Of a stretch of 64,000 nucleotides of DNA, positions 58,856 to 64,000 are shown piece after piece. The notes beneath the pieces were generated by a model. The model was not told the origin of the DNA. It ran no database searches and saw only the letters and a list, made by a program, of their open reading frames with translations. Every line of letters begins with the position of its first letter. Position 1 is the stretch's first letter. Source of the DNA: Planctomycetota bacterium (GTDB taxonomy: Bacteria > Planctomycetota > Brocadiia > Brocadiales > Bathyanammoxibiaceae); contig JACQVQ010000005.1 in the NCBI GenBank assembly GCA_016209685.1, forward strand, positions 24,655 through 88,654, in the 5' to 3' direction. The translations under genes were made by a program, and so were the position numbers.

Positions 58856-59791
58856 GTGAAAAAGGCCTTTTGTGTCGTCGGGTTATTAGTAGCAATAATC
58901 ACTTCTGTCGGCCTCTCCGGCAGTGTCTGTGGGCAGACCGCAAAGAAGACCATTGCCATAGTTAATGGCGAAAAGATACCTCCCCAGGAAATAGAAAAGA
59001 GATTACAACAGTACAAAGACCTGGACCCCAACGTTTTCCCCGCCGTTAAGAAGGAGATAATTGACGAAATGGTTACGCAACTCTTGATTGGGCAGTTCTT
59101 AAAAAAGGAAGGGGTTAATATAACTGCCCAGGAGGTGGAAGGGGCCGTAAACAACGTAAGGGAACGTATGAAGGCCAACCCCAAAACTGCAACCTTCACG
59201 CTGGAGGAACTACTTGAGTCCTCAGGTTCAAACCTGGAGGAACTGAAAGGTGAGATAAAGACCTCCCTGGGACTCAAGACCTACTTTGAAAAGAAAACAG
59301 ACGATAAAACCCTGCTTAATTACTTCCTTGCCAACAAAGACATATACGGGGGAGAGATGGTAAAGGCCAGCCATATCCTGGTGGATACAAGGCTAATGAA
59401 ATCCCCGGAAGAGTTGGACAAGGCCAAACAAAAGATAGAAGGTATAAAGAAAGAACTAAATAACGGGGCGGATTTTGCTGAGTTAGCCAAGAAATACTCC
59501 AACTGTCCCTCTTCTGAAAAGGGGGGTGACATAGGGTTCTTCCCCAGGAAGGGAGCAGTGGTGGAGACCTTCGCAGTGACGGCCTTCCAGCTAAAACCAG
59601 GACAGGTCAGCGACCCGGTTAAGACGGAGTTCGGTTACCATATAATAAAAGTAACCGAAAGGAAAGAGGCTAAGAAGGTAGAGTACGCCGACGTTAAGGA
59701 GCAGGTGAAAGAGAATTACATTGAAGAGGAGACCGGCAAGCTGGTCCAAAAGCTCAAACAAGACGCTAAGATAGAAATTACTGAGCAATAG
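58856..59791 (+). CDS. PpiC/parvulin-type peptidyl-prolyl isomerase (SurA/PrsA-like), secreted
   Basis: GTG start behind AAAGGA. Signal peptide VKKAFCVVGLLVAIITSVGLSGSVCG. Parvulin domain ASHILV...GGDIGFF...FGYHIIKV. Confidence 0.85.
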   Translation: MKKAFCVVGLLVAIITSVGLSGSVCGQTAKKTIAIVNGEKIPPQEIEKRLQQYKDLDPNVFPAVKKEIIDEMVTQLLIGQFLKKEGVNITAQEVEGAVNNVRERMKANPKTATFTLEELLESSGSNLEELKGEIKTSLGLKTYFEKKTDDKTLLNYFLANKDIYGGEMVKASHILVDTRLMKSPEELDKAKQKIEGIKKELNNGADFAELAKKYSNCPSSEKGGDIGFFPRKGAVVETFAVTAFQLKPGQVSDPVKTEFGYHIIKVTERKEAKKVEYADVKEQVKENYIEEETGKLVQKLKQDAKIEITEQ

Positions 59792-59793
59792 CA

Positions 59794-62409
59794 TTAATCG
59801 TCCGTGTCCCTCTTCACTCCAGGGGCACCGGGTGTAGGGGCAGGCTTTACGCCTGCCCTTTTAGTTGTCCTACCCCTCTCCACTTCGGGGGCACAGGGTA
59901 AGTATCCATCAGGCTCTATAACTCCCCCTTCTATAGTAAAGCTAATGGCCCCTAATTCAGAGGTGGGGAGTAGCCTCGCCATGGCAAATCTATCTAAGGT
60001 ATGACCTGACCCCGAATCCACCTGAGGTGAAGGGGGGGAAGTACGGGAATAGTAGTAATCCAGATTCTTTCTTTCCGTACTCACCGCCACATACTCAGGG
60101 GAAACCCTCTCCAGAAACTTATCCAGATTTGGGCTATAACTCCCGTGATGAGGGGCCACCACTATCTCGGCCCCTATCTCAGCCCCAGAGGCAATAAGCC
60201 TGCCTATGGCCTGGCCCTCTATATCACCGCACAGCAGTACGGAGCGCCCTTGATAATCTACACGCAACACACAGGAGGCATCATTCGCAGAGAACCTGTT
60301 GCTATCCTGTGGGGGATTCAATACCTTCACCCCTGCCCCACCGAGCCCGTTTAATCTCACACCCTCCTGGATTACCTCCACCGTCATCCCCCTGGACTTA
60401 ATAAAATCAACCAGGGGACTACCCTCCTCTGAAGAGAGGAGGTGATCATTTACCAGTACCCTCCCCATACGAAACCTCTCCGTAAGAAAAGGCAGGGCAT
60501 TAAAGTGGTCTGCATCCTCATGAGACACTACCACGAGGTCAATCTCCTTGACCCCTTCTTGCCAGAGGAAGGGTGCTATCACGTGACGGCCCGCATCAAA
60601 ATAACCCCTGGTCCCGGCATCGTAAAGCATTGTCCTCCCATCAGGAAACCTTACAAAGACACAACTTCCATGTCCCACGTCCAATACGACAACCTTCATA
60701 GAATCCCTGCCCCAGAGGGGTATTTCACCGTAGACATAGACGTTTCCCGCCAGGAGGAGTGCACCTGCTATGTAAGACAACCTCACACCGATACCCTTCA
60801 CCAGTAAGGCCAGGGCTCCCGAAATATAAAAAACCATAAGCCATGGCCAGGAGGGAGAGGGGCCATAAACATAGGTAAAGGGCACGGATGCGACCCAGGA
60901 GATTATGCCCTTCATAAAGATATCCACCGCCTCTGCAAGATGGGCAATGGGAAAGGCCGCCGTAACTGACAGTTGCCCTAAAATAGAGAGGCAAAAGCCG
61001 CTGATGGTAAGTATCCACACAAGGGGGAAAATTAATAGGGTTAGTATGGCCCCCCATGGAGAAAAGAGGTGGAAATAATACAAGACCAGGGGGGAGATGG
61101 CCGCCCATGCACCTATAGACCCGCAAAGGGCCTTTCTGAGGTAAACCCAGACCGTCCGGAACCTCCGGCGTTCCTCAGGGACCTGAAGTCTCTCCACCAG
61201 GAGAGAAGGCCCCCAGAACAGTGATTCTATACGGGCCTCCAGATAAACCAGGCCCAGAAACCCCACCAGAGAGAGTTGAAATCCTGGATTAAACAGGTCT
61301 GCGGGATTAAAAAGGAGTGTCGCCAGCACCGCAGCAGAAATCCCGCTAGGCAGGTCCCACTCCCTCTTCACCAGCAAGGAACCATAACAAAAGACCGCCA
61401 AGAAGGTGGCCCTGAGTACCGGTGGCTCAAAACCCGTTAGGAGGGCGTACAGCATTGCCGCCGCCATTATTATAGGGGCAATATGCCTCCTGGGGATTCT
61501 TAAGAGGAAGAGAAAGAAATGGATGGTAATCACTATCATCCCCACCTGCGTACCGCTAATGGCCAGGAAGTGATAGGTGCCCGTCTTGCGAAACTCATCC
61601 AGCACCTCCCTGGGCATCTCCTCTCTCTCCCCCCATACTAACCCAGCCATGGTAGCGGCACTGCCAGGCAGGGCTGAGCGGGCTATCCCTGCCTCCAGCC
61701 TCTCCTTCAGAAAATATACGGTACGAAAGAAGGCATTTCCTTGCCCGCTGGCAAGAATTTTTACGTTCTGTCCCTCCTCCACACTGGCAATGGCCCTTAT
61801 GGGAGGCATCTTTCCCTGGAGATAGCCCCTATAATCCATCTGCCCAGGGTTCCTGGACCCTGGAGGGGCATAGACCTTCCCCAGGAACTCCACCTCCTGA
61901 CCATATCTAAACATGGTATCCAGTGGATTGTATACCCGCACCTGCACCACTCCCCTTGCCCTGTGCCATCCGGATCGTCCTTCTACCGCCTTTACCTTCA
62001 GGAGGAACTGACACTGCTTCATGTCCTCCCTTGCACCCTTCCATGGAAGGATAGATGAAGTCGCAGTCTGGGTAAAGGAGGGCTCAATTACCACCCCCTT
62101 TAGCCGCATAAGGATCCTCTCCTCACTAACCAGGCGCCCAATGTCTGCATCGCTAAAAGAATAAAAGCGGATATGGTGGTAGACCGCCCCTGACGACAAG
62201 GAAAGGAATAGACAGCAAGACATATATACTGTGCCCCTGTGGAGATGACCAGTACCGCCCTCACCCAGGAGGAATACTATGGCCCAACACCCCACTAATG
62301 CCCCAAGGACAAGACCTAGAAGAAGTGGCAGGCCGGGTACAAGTAGACCATCCAGGAATATGCCACTGGCAAAGGCAAGGACAATCAAGAGGAGTGGACG
62401 GTGTCTCAT
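59794..62409 (-). CDS. comEC: ComEC/Rec2 DNA internalisation channel with a C-terminal metallo-beta-lactamase domain
   Basis: Start moved to MRHRPLLLIVLAF; the upstream 37 codons are heptad words. Multi-TM competence domain. MBL motif VVSHEDADH. The C-terminal tail RAGVKPAPTPG is encoded by the 59834 palindrome. Confidence 0.88.
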   Translation of the reverse strand: MRHRPLLLIVLAFASGIFLDGLLVPGLPLLLGLVLGALVGCWAIVFLLGEGGTGHLHRGTVYMSCCLFLSLSSGAVYHHIRFYSFSDADIGRLVSEERILMRLKGVVIEPSFTQTATSSILPWKGAREDMKQCQFLLKVKAVEGRSGWHRARGVVQVRVYNPLDTMFRYGQEVEFLGKVYAPPGSRNPGQMDYRGYLQGKMPPIRAIASVEEGQNVKILASGQGNAFFRTVYFLKERLEAGIARSALPGSAATMAGLVWGEREEMPREVLDEFRKTGTYHFLAISGTQVGMIVITIHFFLFLLRIPRRHIAPIIMAAAMLYALLTGFEPPVLRATFLAVFCYGSLLVKREWDLPSGISAAVLATLLFNPADLFNPGFQLSLVGFLGLVYLEARIESLFWGPSLLVERLQVPEERRRFRTVWVYLRKALCGSIGAWAAISPLVLYYFHLFSPWGAILTLLIFPLVWILTISGFCLSILGQLSVTAAFPIAHLAEAVDIFMKGIISWVASVPFTYVYGPSPSWPWLMVFYISGALALLVKGIGVRLSYIAGALLLAGNVYVYGEIPLWGRDSMKVVVLDVGHGSCVFVRFPDGRTMLYDAGTRGYFDAGRHVIAPFLWQEGVKEIDLVVVSHEDADHFNALPFLTERFRMGRVLVNDHLLSSEEGSPLVDFIKSRGMTVEVIQEGVRLNGLGGAGVKVLNPPQDSNRFSANDASCVLRVDYQGRSVLLCGDIEGQAIGRLIASGAEIGAEIVVAPHHGSYSPNLDKFLERVSPEYVAVSTERKNLDYYYSRTSPPSPQVDSGSGHTLDRFAMARLLPTSELGAISFTIEGGVIEPDGYLPCAPEVERGRTTKRAGVKPAPTPGAPGVKRDTDD
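59834..59858. repeat. GTAGGGGCAGGC-tttac-GCCTGCCC element (right end degenerate) in the comEC 3' end
   Basis: 8-bp stem. Left end is GTAGGGG. Confidence 0.8.
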
Positions 62410-62436
62410 TGAACGATTATTATTAGGAGTTATATT

Positions 62437-62574
62437 CTGGGGACAGGGGCTGGGGATTGGGATTAAAGGAATTGGAAGTTGTAAATTGGAAATTTTAAAT
62501 TTAAAATTTTCAATTTCCAACTTACAATTTAATGTGTTTCCACTCCCTACTCCCTACTCCCTAGCCCCTATCCT
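62437..62574. repeat. Nested heptad-word hairpins (outer GGGGACA/GGGATTG vs CCCTACT words, inner ATTGGAA/ATTTAAA hairpin)
   Basis: ctggggacaggggctggggattgggatt [ggaattggaagttgtaaattggaaattttaaatttaaaattttcaatttccaacttacaattt] ccactccctactccctactccctagcccctatcc. Confidence 0.9.
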
Positions 62575-63626
62575 TCCTGCCCCCACACCACAACGCAATT
62601 CCTCTCCTGCTTGGCCTTGTAGAGGGCAGAATCAGTGGTCTTTATAAGGTCCTGATAGCTGTGTACCCCTTTGTCTGGGGTACTTGATATCCCGATACTT
62701 AGAGAGACTTTATAGCTGGCCGATTGATAATGGAAATGGTACTGTGCCACTTTTTCTTGCAGACGTCGGCAGGCCAGGCTGGTGGCAGTAGAATTGGTCC
62801 CTGGTAAGAGTACCATAAACTCGTCCCCACCGTAGCGGAATATTAGATCCGTCATACGAAGATGCCCCTGCATAATCAGGGCAAGCTCCTTAAGGACGTA
62901 ATCCCCAAAGGGGTGACCATAGGTATCGTTTATTGACTTGAAGTGATCAACGTCTATCATAACGCAGGAAAAGGGGTGATTGTATCGCCTGGTACGTTCA
63001 AACTCCCGGTGGATAGTATCTATGCAATGTCTGTGGTTATATAGGTTTGTAAGTCCATCTCTTATGGAGAGTTCTTCTAGCCTGCTATTTAACTCCTTGA
63101 GTTTCTGAAGGGCATCCATCAGGTTTGCCTTATGCTCTAACTCATACACCTCGGCCATATACTGGTAATCAAAATTCAACATCTTCTCCACGGCCCTCAT
63201 AATCTTGCCCAGTTTCTCTCTATCCTCACCATAATACTCCTTAAGAATATCGCGGAGGAGATGATAAAAGACGTTCAAGGCCCCCAGATACCACCTTGGG
63301 GCAAGCCCCAGTCTGAAATGCACTGCACCGGCGTTTACCCGCTTTTTTACGTAAGAAGGTCCGTAATCCCCTGAGAACAACTCCATTACATACTGAGGGA
63401 GGGCGCTCTTGAACCTTCCCACCTTTTGTTCATCCTTTAGTATCTCTTTCGTCTCTGCAAACCTCATCAGGTGAGACCAGAAACCCTCCACAAGCCTCCC
63501 CATATTCTCCTCAACAACGGGCCGTACCTCCCGCAAGAGGGCCTCGTCCTCACTGGAAATCCAGGAATAATCTTTACGGAGCTGGATGTCCTTTGGATCG
63601 GTGAGTTCAGAGTATTTATCTTGCAT
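62568..63626 (-). CDS. Globin-coupled sensor diguanylate cyclase (protoglobin-like N-domain + GGDEF)
   Basis: 352 aa. N-terminal sensor-globin pattern GAVHFRLGLAPRWYLGALNVF. C-terminal RYGGDEF with GLTNLYNHRH. Confidence 0.85.
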   Translation of the reverse strand: MQDKYSELTDPKDIQLRKDYSWISSEDEALLREVRPVVEENMGRLVEGFWSHLMRFAETKEILKDEQKVGRFKSALPQYVMELFSGDYGPSYVKKRVNAGAVHFRLGLAPRWYLGALNVFYHLLRDILKEYYGEDREKLGKIMRAVEKMLNFDYQYMAEVYELEHKANLMDALQKLKELNSRLEELSIRDGLTNLYNHRHCIDTIHREFERTRRYNHPFSCVMIDVDHFKSINDTYGHPFGDYVLKELALIMQGHLRMTDLIFRYGGDEFMVLLPGTNSTATSLACRRLQEKVAQYHFHYQSASYKVSLSIGISSTPDKGVHSYQDLIKTTDSALYKAKQERNCVVVWGQEG

Positions 63627-63646
63627 AGTGGTACTAGCTCTTAATA

Positions 63647-63770
63647 CAGGGATTGGGCAAGGTCACAGGGGACAGGGCACAGGATACAGGGGAAAAGATT
63701 TTTTACCTGTTACCTGCCTCCTGTTACCTGCTTGCCTGGCCCCTGACCCCTAATCCCTATCCCCTAAACC
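63647..63770. repeat. Nested heptad-word inverted repeat (outer GGGATTG/CCCTAAT words, inner ACAGGNN hairpin)
   Basis: cagggattgggcaaggtcacaggggacagggcacaggatacagggg-aaaagatttttt-acctgttacctgcctcctgttacctgcttgcctggcccctgacccctaatccctatcccc. Confidence 0.9.
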
Positions 63771-63775
63771 AGGAC

Positions 63776-63852
63776 TGGCACCCCCAGCAGGGCTCAAACC
63801 TGCGACCTCTGGCTCCGGAGGCCAGCGCTCTGTTCAACTGAGCTATGGGGGC
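63776..63852 (-). tRNA. tRNA-Arg (anticodon CCG), CCA encoded
   Basis: Hand-folded 77 nt: GCCCCCA UA GCUC AGUUGAACA GAGC G CUGGC CUCCGGA GCCAG AGGUC GCAGG UUUGAGC CCUGC UGGGGGU G CCA. Close in layout to E. coli tRNA-Arg(CCG) as recalled from memory. Confidence 0.9.
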
Positions 63853-63868
63853 GCATTTCTCAAGTAAT

Positions 63869-63896
63869 GTAGGGGCACGGCGCGCCGTGCCCCTAC
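63869..63896. repeat. GTAGGGGCACGGCG|CGCCGTGCCCCTAC perfect palindrome in the tRNA-Arg leader
   Basis: Identical to 14774-14801. Lies between the candidate promoter and the tRNA 5' end. Confidence 0.95.
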
Positions 63897-63916
63897 ACTA
63901 TTTTTCCCTTTACGCA

Positions 63917-63945
63917 TTTATAAGACGGTGACTTCCCCAAGTCAA
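63917..63945 (-). promoter_or_regulatory. Candidate sigma70 promoter of tRNA-Arg
   Basis: Minus strand reads TTGACT (63945-63940), a 17-nt spacer, then TATAAA (63922-63917), about 65 nt upstream of the mature 5' end. Confidence 0.5.
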
Positions 63946-64000
63946 GCCTTTACCAGGCCGTAAAATACTAGCCAAAAAGGGCAAGGACAAGTATACTGTG

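Noticed and set aside
62410-62520. N-terminal 37 codons of the comEC ORF (MEIENFKFKISNLQLPIPLIPIPSP...)
   Set aside because: They are encoded by the ATTGGAA-family hairpin and G-tract words. The conserved membrane domain starts at MRHRPLLL.
63653-63841. 62-aa ORF on the + strand
   Set aside because: It consists of heptad repeat words plus the antisense of tRNA-Arg.
63853-64000. Integrated element or integrase next to the tRNA gene
   Set aside because: No integrase-like ORF or att-like duplication of the tRNA 3' end is visible in the 150 bp available. The window ends too soon to judge.

Overview
Gene-dense chromosomal segment with about 70 protein genes and one tRNA. The host is a diderm bacterium (BamD, LptE and TolC are present). 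I cannot fix the lineage without a database search.

Gene order:
- leuA'(partial)-ilvC-ilvN-ilvB, spoVG, ispE, rsmD
- Moco genes (MOSC, mogA), glyQ, an SdiA-regulated-type propeller protein
- a HAL-family lyase, a class-V desulfurase plus a ThiF-like E1
- a small redox/Fe-S operon beside a cytoplasmic molybdopterin oxidoreductase
- radical SAM / ArsR / 20-aa Cys micro-ORF
- queE-queC, NYN-rnc
- the long housekeeping run pheA-tpiA-secG-yicC-gmk-(small ORF)-coaC-dut-ftsK-rimO-pgsA-recO-bamD-lptE-folP-cdaA-cdaR-pdxJ-dapA-folE-tolC
- an accessory patch at 41.3-48.0 kb: three paralogous mini-TM peptides, two GspG-like pseudopilins plus a truncated third copy, a disordered Pro/Asp/Lys/His protein, and pilT/pilU
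- an AT-richer glycan cassette at 48-56.5 kb: rfbB, rfbA, GT2, an E1alpha with no adjacent beta subunit, radical SAM/SPASM, gmhA, a reversed-order hldE-like fusion, and an epimerase
- pyrD-pyrK, ppiC, comEC, a globin-coupled GGDEF protein, and tRNA-Arg(CCG)

The most unusual signal is in the non-coding architecture:
- Almost every intergenic spacer holds a long inverted repeat whose arms are arrays of degenerate 7-nt words. At least ten word families occur, and some arrays are nested inside others.
- Three short palindrome/repeat families are interspersed with these: GTAGGGGC...GCCCCTAC, CCGCCTNAGGCGG, and the GAGCGAAGCGAA-core repeats.
- Copies of these repeats sit in frame inside conserved genes (rimO twice, the Mo-oxidoreductase, pyrD, pyrK, secG, gmk, rnc). 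They also supply starts, stops, C-terminal tails and one signal peptide.

The best gene-level candidates for something undescribed are the mini-TM peptide / pseudopilin patch, the ArsR + CxCGC micro-ORF pair, and the heptose-type sugar cassette with radical SAM and E1alpha. No CRISPR array, transposase, integrase or rRNA was seen.
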